From: Eledone cirrhosa
Lineage: Eukaryota
Length of the DNA stretch: 64,000 bases
Direction of reading: 5' to 3'
NCBI GenBank assembly: GCA_964016885.1
Contig: OZ024742.1
Coordinates: 137,702,001 to 137,766,000 of the forward strand
In this document: one piece after another, positions 1 through 10,571 of the stretch
Position numbering within the stretch: position 1 is the stretch's first letter
How the letters are laid out: each line of letters opens with the position of its first letter
Translations under genes and position numbers: made by a program
Notes under the pieces: generated by a model
The model's input: only the letters and a program-made list of their open reading frames with translations
Databases searched by the model: none
What the model was told of the DNA's origin: nothing

Positions 1-65
1 ACGGCTATTTCTGGACACATAGCCGTCGAAACGGCTTGAGCTCTGCCGTCGGGGTCATACTTTTT

Positions 66-70
<5 letters not shown>
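1..70. repeat. Partial copy (centre plus right arm) of the fold-back element also present at 7373-7490
   Basis: tagccgtcgaaacggcttgagctctgccgtcggggtcatactttttcc is near-identical to 7441-7488. It has an internal acggcta...tagccgt hairpin and is followed directly by (TA)n. The left arm is cut by the window edge. Confidence 0.85.

Positions 71-136
<66 letters not shown>
68..136. repeat. (TA)n microsatellite
   Basis: Perfect TA dinucleotide run. Confidence 0.98.
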
Positions 137-139
<3 letters not shown>

Positions 140-189
140 GTATATGTGTGCGAGATTGTCTATAGCAGCAGGTTAATTCTCAAACTCTT

Positions 190-815
190 TACCAGAGCCC
201 TGTACTTATTAGTCGATGTAAATACTTTTCCTATGGAACTTTTGCCTCGAATAGGTTTTCATAGTAATCATTTATGTACCACCAGTGACCAATGAATATT
301 AGTCTTCATTGGCGCATTGTGATTATTATTGTTGGTAGAGAGCCATAAGTTTCAGCATTTGTATCATGGTCTGTATACAATGTGTTGAATGGTGCTTGTA
401 ACATCCTATCTACGCACCGTATGACCGTTATTGACGAATCTTTGTTAATGTCTGTTTTTGCAACATACATTAGTACATTCTATAATTTTGCTCTGACGAA
501 TCTAACATTCAGGTTTCGATTTCGATACGATTTCCATATTCTTGCGATTTTGTTGCATACAGCAAATCTTGAAGTATATGAAGGTTCATATCCTTCACTG
601 GGTTTCTTATGGATGATACACGGTATTTGAAATTGTTCTCTTCCTTTATTATGTGTCCATTTAAATCATTAATGTCCGCTGGATTATATTTAAAAGAGAA
701 GCACTCAGACGTTGTATGTTTAGGAGTAACCAAAATTTGCACAGCTGCAATTTCCACTCATTTTAGCATTAGATGGACTTATTTAGCTTGATCACAAAAC
801 ACGTAATATCCGATA
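190..815 (-). mobile_element. Degenerate RTE-clade LINE fragment (end of RT domain and C-terminal region of the ORF)
   Basis: Hand translation of the minus strand across stops and frameshifts gives, in the expected order: VEIAAVQI..., NGHIIKEENNFKY, AVCNKIARIWKS...LNVRFVRAKL*NVLMYVAKT, DRMLQAPFNTLYTDHDTNAETYGSLP, MRQ*RLIFIGHW. These match remembered RTE motifs (FKYLGS; KIWKS..KIRLFRA.VESVLLYG.ETW; RMLR.AL..SW..H.TN..LY; RRLRFAGH). Confidence 0.75.
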
Positions 816-1744
816 TTATTTTCCCCTTGGTAGTAATTACGACGGAAATGTGATGATGTGCAGAATTCCACCGTGTACATTCATGCGCATGCATGGTATT
901 TGGCGGTTTGACTGAATACATCATTTGTTCTCAGCCAGCATGTAAGGTGGCATTTTCATTTTAATCAGGAGACCAGGGTGGAAACCAAAGCTCCAGTGGA
1001 GAGCAACATTTTAAATACCAATTTGCGTTTCACTTCATCAAATACCACTAAAAAAGAGAGCTAGTTTTTAAGAATGAAATAAGTACACTAAGAAGTCACT
1101 TGATGAAGGATGAGAGTGAACAGCATGGCATGATTTAATATGTTTATCATCAGTATTCACATCTGCACTTGAAATGAAATGCAGGAAGATGTAATTTCAT
1201 ATGTCACCGGGATAATCGGAAATTTGTATGAAATTCCCTTTACACTTAGGTTAATGATACTCGTTGATTTATATTTTTATGTTTATTTATCATTCCTTGT
1301 TTCGAAAACATCTAGATCAATTTGTTTTATGATTTGTCCTTGAAATGTCCATTTTCACTTGTTTCAGTGTATCAAGCTTTGCAGAATTAGTAGAGCAACG
1401 GAACAAAGATTTCCGGTTTTTATTCCAAGTTTGAATATTGTGCGTTCAAATTGCGCCGTTGTTTTTGTTCTTCTATAATAGCAATGATATCCGAAACAGT
1501 AATGTGCTGAGACGATAAACTTTCGACATTTACTTGTCATTAAATACATTCTCTTACGGGGTCGATAAAATAAAGTACCAGTAATGCACTGGGTAATTGC
1601 TGGCCTTGTGCCTAAAGTAGAAACAATTAAATACATTCTCTTTTTGACTAGTCCAAAGAAAGCTAGTAAGGGTTTGATTATTAAATAAATATTCCCATAC
1701 TAGATAATTATATCAGCAATGTGTGTAGTCAGTAATATAAGCAT

Positions 1745-2550
1745 TGTAAAGTTTTAGTTTAGATGTTGTCTTCCTGTTTCATCTACAACAACTACAACAG
1801 TACGCCTTGGGGCCCACCCACAGCCCCGGCGGACAGAATGGAGAAGGCGTTTCCCAGGGGGACGGCGAGGGAGACGCGCTGGAAGAGCCACTCCAACTCG
1901 TGGGGCTCACACCTGTGGCTGGGCAGCTCAGCGCCTATGGTGGTGAGTAGGGAGGTAGCCCAGAAAGTGCTGGTAAGAGCGTCTCATAGCTCACCTATAT
2001 ATAGAGAGATGTCAGAAAACAAGAGAGAAAAGAAGGAGCTGTATGGAGGGGGACACACAGGAAGGTAGAATCTTAGTAAATGAATGAGTGAAGGATGAAT
2101 GTACAAAGAGGGGGAGGGGAAACAGGGGGTTGTTCCCAGCGGAAAGACCCAGAGTTCAGCACGCACACATGCGAGCAACTTTGTAGTTTGTCATAGTACC
2201 TTGTGGCTGGAAGTGAGTCACTGATGCTGGGGTTGGCTTCCTCTTGTTGATGCTAGAGTTGTTGAGTTGTTGTTAGTCTCACTGTTGTCGTTGTTAATGG
2301 TGAAGATTGCTGGTGAGATGTTGATGTATACACATGTGTGTTGTTGATGTTAATGTTACAGTTGTTGTCGTTACCTTCCTCTAGTTAATGGTGGTCGAGA
2401 TGAAACTGCAACCAGGTCGGGCTGCCAGGCAGTATGCTGAGGCTCGCGTTCCTTCTTTTACCGAAGATGCGGGATCGATGTTATTATCCTGTTGGTGTCC
2501 CCTTCTTGAACGGAGGTGCGGGTCAGTGGCTTTCGGCATCATTTGGCAGC
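1745..2550 (+). mobile_element. Possible LTR-like remnant (GC-richer island)
   Basis: Sharp rise in GC relative to the flanks. Starts TG (1745), has a TATA-like cctatatata near 1994, and ends ...catCA (2541) followed by tt-TGGCAGC, a PBS-like arrangement. No second LTR and no internal genes are seen. Confidence 0.3.
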
Positions 2551-4475
2551 ACAACGGCAAATAAATATATTCTCTACCTTTCCTAAATTGTGTGATATTT
2601 TACCTAATTTAGAATATATTTTCAGTATTATTGAACATATTTTCCAATATCCAAGGATCCTCTTTTTAATGAAATGAATTCAATAGTTCATTACATCTTT
2701 CATCTAAACCTTTCATAACTATCTCCTATTTTCATCATTCTGAGTATTTTTCTTCCTTTATACGTCATTTAATTCTGCGTTTATGTCTTTCTTTAGAAAT
2801 ATTTGGAATATTAAAAAAAATCATTCTGTGTTTTACATTGATGTTTAAATTTTAAATATTTTATTCACTTTAACAAATTTTTTTATATGCTATTTCTCTT
2901 TTCATTTTTTTCAATTCCCTTTCATCATTTCACACCTTCCTCGAAATATTTTTTCTTTTATCCGTTGATTCTGATTTTAGTCTTCGAATTTCGTTTTACT
3001 TTAATCCTTACTTCTTTTTTTCTTGTTATAATTATTTTTTAAATATTTCTTAAATTTTCCTTCTGTTCTTTTTTCCTCTTAGATTACTCTTTAATTTTTT
3101 TCTTAGATTACTCTTTTATATTTTTTTATAATTATTTAAAAGTGATTTTCCTCCTCAAATTTGTCTTCCTTCATCTCCCCCGCCTCATATTTCTCTCTGT
3201 CTTGAATTTCTTTTTTTTTTCAATCATTTATTTGTACATATTTTCCTCTTTCTTTCTATTTAGTCTTTCTCTTATAATCATTAACATATTAACATTTAAC
3301 TTTCTCACACAACTTGATAATTTGATACCCCTTCTATTAAGTAATCCCTAAGGGATTAATTTTCATTAATTTTCACCACTTCTTTTACTAGAAAATTCAG
3401 TGTGTTTTACGGTTTGATTCCCAACTATTTCTGTTGTTTTCCTTCTTTTATTTCTCTGTCATTTCCCATGACTTCATCTTCCACGACTGCATTGTTTGCT
3501 TCTAACCCAAAGATATATGTCATTCTGTTTCTCATCGTATTCACAGAGCTGTGTTTTTTTTTTAACGTCAACCAAATCCCGGTCTATTGTGTGATGTTCA
3601 AATTCTTACGTTAGCTTTAAGATATAACCATAACAAATAAAATTATTTCAGAAATACTGAAATAAAATTATTTCAGTATTTCTTTGATTTTAATATGCAA
3701 GTTCCAAATTCATAAGAGTGGAAAAAGAGAATGAAAGTATATGTAGGAAGGTATCTCTTTAAATACGCATTGAAGCGTAGTTGAAGTGTTGATTTATAAG
3801 TTTTTCTTTGTTGCTTTAAGCAGATATTTCATATTTATATTCAGACGTATATGATAAAGAAATTTCGTAAAAAAGCTGTAGTCATTGCTGTATTTAAATC
3901 TTTATATCCTTCTTAAGATTATTATTAATAGATAGTTTGCTTCTCCTTATAGCTACAATATTTCACACAGGGCATTATACTAGGAAATACATACGCATAA
4001 TAGATGCCTACAACCATATAACAATATCTTACAACGATTTCAGTCAAACTGCATCCAAAGAGAAATTACAACGTATAATAGGATTTAGTGTTAATTAAAC
4101 AAAACAGTTTTTGTTTATTCTCTTATTTCTTGATGAATCCTGATATTCTCTAATGCGCATCATGAAAAATCGCATTTTTTGAATATTTGACTGTATTGGT
4201 TTTGCGGAAGCTGACCAATTATAATTTCCCCGCATTCTTAGCGTTATATTCGGAAGAGTTCGATATGCGTTGAATCGGCGAATCTTTTCTAATTTCAGGC
4301 GTTGAAAATAACATGAAAAATGAATGAGTCTCATTAAATCCCACCTTAATTTTTTTTTTTTATCGTGCATATGTAAAAATGTATTACATTATTCCAGGTA
4401 TATTGAGAGTTCGATATTTGAGGACAAACTCCCGATTAACTAAGACGAAAATGTTACTTCTTAATGGTACTCTAT

Positions 4476-4658
4476 CAAACCTGCCAATCTTTAATATCCT
4501 AAACGCGGAATACCAGGATAAAAAGTGCCCCAACACAGGGAGAAATGAGGCAAAATGGGGAGATATTACTTTAAAAAGCTATACTCAGTTTCACAAGAGA
4601 ATACATCTCTCAACCACCCTAAAGTGAGCAAGTCGGACGATGTGAGTTGACAGGCCTG
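4476..4658. mobile_element. Possible degenerate MITE
   Basis: Imperfect terminal inverted repeats caaacctgccaa ... ttgacaggcctg enclose about 180 bp of non-coding sequence. No clear target-site duplication. Confidence 0.25.
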
Positions 4659-5449
4659 GTATATTTAGTGCAAAATATATCCGTAATTCTTCGTCATAAA
4701 GTTAAATTTGTATATACCATCGAGTTCCGTAACGTACGTTTCTATAACATATTTATTGTGTTTTCTATTGTAGAATAAATACACGATTGAACATTCGATC
4801 GTCATACAATACTTATCATGGATGTAAATTTCATGATTGGCATCCTTCTTGCATACACATTTTACATGTTATTATAAATTAGATGGTTATAGCTAATGAA
4901 ACTTGTATTATTGTAATAATCTCTAACCTCCCTGATGTATCTATTTACAATGAGGTAACATGAGAAACGTGAGTTGATCGCATAGATTTTAAACTAAGTT
5001 TGCAACAGCATACTAACTACTAATCTTACAGACTGCAGTTTATCATTGAGACGTCATTGCCTTTATGTTTTAAGATATTCTTTTTGAATATATAAATAAA
5101 TATTCCCTCTTATTAAACAAACATATTCTCTGTGTCATTTGAAAAAAATTATTACTATTTTTTTCTCAGTAAAGTTTCTCTTCTCTGTCAAGTTTTGTTA
5201 GACAGATATCAACCACATTCCATGAACTTGTTCTAATATTCATCTATTTTTTTCCATTACTCTTAGACTTAGTCAATGCTGTTTGGTTGTCTTTTTTTTT
5301 TCAGTGTAATTCTTATTTTGTATTATTTGCATGACAATCATTGGGTATCTTCTAGGCAGAAATATCAGTGTCGCTCCTATGAGTTAGTGAATCGTGAAAT
5401 AACCTGCCCAAGTATTACGACAGTTACCGCAGGCATGTAATGTTCAGTC

Positions 5450-5506
5450 TCATATATATATATATATGTGTGTGTGTATATATGTATGTTTATATTATGT
5501 ATAATG

Positions 5507-5555
<49 letters not shown>

Positions 5556-5587
5556 TAATAATAATAACAACAACAACAACAACAATA

Positions 5588-5627
<40 letters not shown>

Positions 5628-5671
5628 GTATATATATATACATCTTATTGTTGTTGTTATTATTAGTATTA

Positions 5672-5737
<66 letters not shown>

Positions 5738-5739
5738 AA

Positions 5740-5784
<45 letters not shown>

Positions 5785-5797
5785 CATTATACATAAT
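5450..5797. repeat. Compound microsatellite (TA/TG, AAT, AAC, TA, GTT, ATT) arranged as an inverted duplication
   Basis: attatgtataatgat(aat)n(aac)n-aataatgatg(ta)n on the left is mirrored by (ta)n-catcttatt(gtt)n(att)n-atcattatacataat on the right (5494-5797). Confidence 0.92.
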
Positions 5798-6364
5798 GCA
5801 TTTGTGTTGAGATCTTATTCATATATATGTATATATTAACGTCTCACAGAAATATGCTGGAATGCCTCCACCAGAGTTTGGTGATGCTTGGCACAATATG
5901 TCAAGTAGCATTTAAATTTATCGAAAAAAAAACGAAATTAAATGAAAGAAATAAACGAAGGCATGAGAAGACATATTCATAAAAACATTGTGAAATTTTA
6001 GACAGCCAAACAAAGTTACGAACAATAGTGTAAGTCAGCAGATATTCAGAGAGCTTTTACCAGCTGGGTAAAAGATCGAATGAAACGAAAGAGATTGTTA
6101 TATAATCTACCACAATTTGGTGGAAGCATGAAAGACAACCGTTGCTGAATTTGAAATTTGAACACCACAGTAAATATAAATGATATATCAAATCCACTTA
6201 TATCAGATATTTGGTGAACTCATCGCCATATACGGAGAGAATAAAATAGAAAATCCTAGGTTTCAGCGAATTTCAGCTGATAGTCACTGACAAGATTGGC
6301 CCTTTAACATAAAAGTACATATAATTTTTGCCAGTTGAGGGGAGGGTGTTACGTAAAAATATTA

Positions 6365-6460
6365 TATCTTGCACCTCGAGAATAAAACACCATCTGAAAT
6401 CGAATTCACGGCCTTGTGTTTGTGAGCCAAACAACCCTAGAAACTAATGTAGGTGCCTTT
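6365..6460 (-). mobile_element. Probable decayed tRNA-derived SINE head
   Basis: The minus strand reads ggcacctacattagtttctagggttgtttggctcacaaacacaaggccgtgaattcgatttc. This gives a degenerate A-box-like segment and a B-box-like (GTTCGA-type) segment at tRNA-like spacing. Confidence 0.4.
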
Positions 6461-7274
6461 ACAGAAAAGTAGTAAAATTACACGAAAGTCTGCATCGGTA
6501 AGCAATCAAAATAAAATGTTCACAATGTGAGATAAATTAATGTGAGATGAGGAGAAAGGGGGAATCGGACGATGGGGATAATATTTCATATCGGTTATAT
6601 TTTACAGACTTAAATATGTAGAATACAAAAAAAAACAAAAAAAAAACATTAAATAATCAGAATTATACACATTCCGATTATTAACAACCTTTTGCAGAAC
6701 TTATTTTATTCTTTTAAAGAAAAAAAATCAATATCAACAGTTTCGAATGAGCCGATCTCTACTCATCATTAGGCATCTTTTTAAAGATTTGTACGATCCT
6801 AAATTTCGTTATAGTCTAAAGAAAAAAAAAATCTTTATGCAAATTGCAATATTTTTTAGAAAATCAATAAATAGCGACCCATCCGATGCTGACTATCTTC
6901 TAATCGCTACAGATTTTAAATTGTCTTTCAAGAAATACTGTGTTCGATCTATGATGACAAAATGATACTAGCTTTCATCGAGATATTACTTTAATTGTTT
7001 TACAGATTATATGTGGATTTAAATCAACTTAAGAGGTGTTAGTGCTCACTCCAGAGCAATATAGAAATACAATAACAAGATAGATACCGGCTAAAGATAC
7101 AAGCCCACAAATCATTAATCAAAACAGTCGATAAAGTAATAATAGCTTTATAAAAAAAATTGGAAAATTCGCTTAACGAGAGTGTGGCTGCGAGCTACGT
7201 ATTTTACGCGATTTTCTAACACTACTATTACTGTAGGGACTGAGTGTTTGAATTTCAAATGTTCAAATTTCAAT

Positions 7275-7279
7275 ATTAT

Positions 7280-7374
<95 letters not shown>
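7275..7374. repeat. (TA)n microsatellite
   Basis: Near-perfect TA run with a few TG interruptions. Confidence 0.97.
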
Positions 7375-7376
<2 letters not shown>

Positions 7377-7490
7377 AACAAGTATGACCCTGACGGCAGA
7401 GCTCAAGCCGTTTCGACGGCTAATTCTGGGCGTCCAGAATTAGCCGTCGAAACGGCTTGAGCTCTGTCGTCGGGGTCATACTTGTTCCTA
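7373..7490. repeat. GC-rich fold-back palindrome (about 57-bp arms), dispersed repeat
   Basis: gaacaagtatgaccctgacggcagagctcaagccgtttcgacggctaattctgg-gcgt-ccagaattagccgtcgaaacggcttgagctctgtcgtcggggtcatacttgttc. The arms differ at only a few positions. A second copy lies at 1-70. Confidence 0.93.
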
Positions 7491-8494
7491 TTACCCACTC
7501 TACTACCTTAAGTATTGGGTACTTTGGTGCGTTATGGTCCATCTGGTTCCTTACCACATTTCCTTAGTTATATATATATAAACAATGAAATAAACACAAA
7601 GAGCAACTTCTTTATATTTAAAAATTCTTCATTTTACGATCGTTTCTGTGATGTATATGTGTGTTGGTATGTATATCATATAGATCTATGTACAAATATT
7701 ACAAATTATCAGCCGAAATATACATACCTTCACATATATATGCGGTCCTCACAAATGATGAGATGTTTATTGAAAAAAAACAAAGAATTAATATAAAGGG
7801 TATGTTTGGGAACATGCTTTGAATTGACCAATAGAAAAGGATTAAGAGGTCAAGTTGATAGAATGACAGTAGTAGAAATTAAATCTAGGGGTATAGGAGA
7901 GCAGACTTATGCTTTGAATGAAAAGAATACTATGGAGATGAAATGAGGTCAATTTCAAGAAGATAGTGAAGGGTACACGAACATTTGATGTTATTAAATA
8001 ATATTGTTATAAAAGGAAAATCAAATTTTGGGATAAGGGTATTAGTGAGATATAACAATCTTATTTAAACTACAAGGAATCTAATACATAACAGGAAATT
8101 AAATTAATTTATAGGTATACTTACAGGCATAAAATTATATTAATTCAATTGAATGTGATAAATAAAGAAGTAAGATATTAGAGCAATAAAAATAAAAAAT
8201 AAATATATGGAAAAACTGAAGTAGATAAACATTTTTTTATAAAGAGTATTGTATCTATACGGACATTGATGATATTAAAGATATTAATTATATTTAATAA
8301 TCATAGGTATTAAATGTGATAAATAGGGGATGCGATTAAATGAAGTAGTGTGGTTAAAAATAATTTTAGGAAAAGAGAGCTGTAAGAGGGAACTAAAAAT
8401 ATGAAGTTCTCTGTAGTAAAATACTAATTATAGTTTAACTAAATTAAAAAAAAACAATTATAATAATTTGTAAAATATAAGAGTAAGGTGTATA

Positions 8495-9000
8495 TTAATT
8501 AGGTTTATAATATTTGAAGGTTCTTCTAATTCTATGATTGCAAGATATAATTAATTCCTGTCGCTTATTTAATAGGATATCCTTAGATTTCATGATTTCA
8601 AAAAGTTGTTGGGAGCACAACCTACACTCGTATCTGCTATTTTGATAAGGGGTGGCCATTTTGAGCACGCTCCAGGTCAGGTTGTAATCGATGTTCTTCT
8701 TTCTATATTTATTAATTGTTTCAGCCAAGGATGTTGTATTAGCTAATGCGGTATTTTTAAAACTATGTTTGTGGGTATTAAATCTTACTTTAAATTGGTT
8801 AGACGTAGCTCCTATATATGAATAAGTGGAGTCCTTAGTGCTAATTTTACATTTATAGACTATGTTATTAATAAGACAATTTCCCTTTAATGGGCAATGT
8901 CTTTTGATTCTACAGTTACAATCATTCAAAAGAGATTTTTATCGTAAATTTTTGATTGCATCTTCTCTTTTCATGATATCTTCTATATTTGGATTACATT
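8495..9000 (-). mobile_element. 5'-truncated Penelope-like retroelement, C-terminal GIY-YIG endonuclease
   Basis: ORF 8495-8929 reads CNCR...CPLKGNCL (Cys-rich linker), IVY...YIGATSNQFKVRFNTHKHSF (GIY-YIG core), WSVL..A..Y...CRLC, LLNKRQELIISCNH. This is the layout of PLE endonucleases with a Cys-rich linker (Neptune-like). The upstream CNPNIEDI resembles the RT-thumb end. No RT domain and no real start codon are present. Confidence 0.9.
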
Positions 9001-9214
9001 GAGTTCTTCATACGGATTACGGATTGGACACTACCGTGTACTTTGGTAGATTTATATATATATATATATATATATTAGAAAGTGAGGTTTTTTTTTTACA
9101 AAATGAAAAATAACCGAGGTGTCCTACACGAGTGAAAGTATAAAGAAACAGAGATGAAATTGAAAATGCAACTGGAGTCTTATTTTTTTTTTAAATATAT
9201 ATATTTATTTGGTT

Positions 9215-9251
9215 CCTTTACCGGTTTCGCAGTTCTTCTGCTTTTCAAAGG
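9215..9251 (-). ncRNA. Second, inverted copy of the hammerhead-like motif
   Basis: The reverse complement reads CCT-TTGAAAA-GCAG-AAGAA-CTGC-GAAA-CCGG-TA-AAGG. The stem II loop is intact (5 nt) but stem I is one T short. Confidence 0.5.
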
Positions 9252-9321
9252 TGAGTTGAGATGGAGGGTCTGTGGTTTTTCTCACATGTGAGAAAAACCA
9301 CAGATCTTCCATCTCAACTCA

Positions 9322-9356
9322 CCTTTTGAAAAGCAGAACTGCGAAACCGGTAAAGG
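9322..9356 (+). ncRNA. Minimal type I hammerhead-ribozyme-like motif (U3-A8 core variant)
   Basis: CCTT [stem I] TTGAAAA [CUGANGA with C3>U and G8>A] GCAG-AA-CTGC [stem II] GAAA CCGG T-A [palindromic stem III ACCGGT, UH site] AAGG [stem I']. This is the architecture of PLE-associated minimal hammerheads. Confidence 0.6.
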
Positions 9357-9551
9357 AACCAAATAAATATATATATTTTTTTTAAAGATAAGACTCCAGT
9401 TGCATTTTCGATTTCATCTCTTTTTCTTTATATATATATATATACATATTTATATGTATATATACAGTAATAATAAATGTGCAGTCTAAAATCCGAAGAG
9501 GGCTCGATAAGGATTATATATATATAATATTTGTATAAAAACCCGTAGAGC

Positions 9552-9682
9552 AAATATTTATTATGAGAACAGATTTAATTTTAAGCAAACAATCGCTGCT
9601 TGAACTCTTAACGGAATCTTCTTTAAGGGCGAAAGCACCGATTCTTTGCTGAAACTTTAATCTGTTCTTATAATGAATATTT
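9552..9682. repeat. Older, diverged fold-back palindrome (about 60-bp arms)
   Basis: aatatttattatgagaacagatttaattttaagcaaacaatcgctgctt aligns with the reverse complement of the right arm, aatattcattataagaacagattaaagtttcagcaaagaatcggtgctt. It ends in (TA)n. Confidence 0.8.
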
Positions 9683-9688
9683 ATATAT

Positions 9689-9692
<4 letters not shown>

Positions 9693-9720
<28 letters not shown>
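9693..9720. repeat. (AG)n microsatellite
   Basis: Perfect AG run. Confidence 0.95.
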
Positions 9721-9722
<2 letters not shown>

Positions 9723-10231
9723 CTGTGTCTGTGTGGGTCTGCCTGTTTTTATGTCTATGTAAGAGTCTATTATTCCATTCTATAATTGCAGCTATATGAG
9801 GTAGGAGATCAAGGTAGTAATAAGGAAATATACTTTATAACTGAATACAAACTAAAACTAATCTCATTTTCATATACACCTCTATTATAACCAATACCGT
9901 GTTTGTGCTACCGTGAAGTAATTATAATCACCAAATACTCAATATATGCAAATGAGCATAACCAGCCGATGTTCTTTACTTAGTAAAGATATATTCCTAT
10001 ATCTAGCAAATGTTCAATACTAAGTACCTATACAGGTTTTAGTTAATTCCTTTCTCCGTACTGGCTGAGTGTCACTAATGAAAGGATAATGAATCTTGAA
10101 ACAGCTATCTAGCATTCTATTCGGCCACTGAATTAGCTCTGAATTGTTCACATCACAAACAAATTGAAACTATTTTTTCTTAGCAAGATTCTCATGCGTT
10201 TGTCATGGATAAACACGTTTTATATGTATTA

Positions 10232-10316
10232 ACACACACATGCAAAACGCACGCGCGCGCGCACACACACACACACACACATAGACACATACACACACAC
10301 ACACATATATATATAT
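10232..10316. repeat. Compound (CA)n/(CG)n/(TA)n microsatellite
   Basis: acacacac...acgcgcgcgcgcacacac...atatatat. Confidence 0.9.
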
Positions 10317-10520
10317 CAGAATAGAATCTATATTTCCATACATATTCAGGGCATAATTAATCACTTCGTTTTTTTTCTTTTCCTAGTAATCTTCACAAAA
10401 TCGCCACAGGCATTCAGGATTATTGTGACATTTAAATGGAAACGAATATATTCTGTCTTGGGTAATAAAAATAAATTGCCGTTTGTCCTTTTGCTGCTTT
10501 TTTTTTAAACGTTTGTATCA

Positions 10521-10570
<50 letters not shown>
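10521..10570. repeat. (TATC)n microsatellite
   Basis: About 12 perfect TATC units, with a degenerate tail to about 10610. Confidence 0.95.

Positions 10571-10571
<1 letters not shown>

Larger units (their letters stand above)
9139..9432. repeat. Long fold-back palindrome (about 147-bp arms, no spacer), probably an inverted Penelope pseudo-LTR remnant
   Basis: Centre ttctcaca|tgtgagaa at 9286/9287. The arms match out to tataaagaaa...tttctttata with a few mismatches and indels. (TA)n abuts the right end and lies about 60 bp to the left. Confidence 0.93.

Noticed and set aside
2560-3620. Pyrimidine-rich block that looks like a decayed Lys/Glu-rich ORF on the minus strand, with a small direct repeat at about 3075-3118
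   Set aside because: Many stops and no recognisable motif; the family cannot be assigned.
3650-3683. Short palindrome agaaatactgaaataa-aa-ttatttcagtatttct
   Set aside because: It is real but AT-rich and short, probably a local template-switch product with no evidence of function.
5377-5839. Poly-I, poly-N and poly-L ORFs
   Set aside because: Translations of AAT/ATT microsatellites.
7148-7460. (YI)n ORFs
   Set aside because: Translations of the (TA)n tract.
7373-7490. Complete hammerhead ribozyme in this palindrome
   Set aside because: A hairpin followed by GAAAC is present, but there is no CUGANGA-type core in the right position and no convincing stems I and III.
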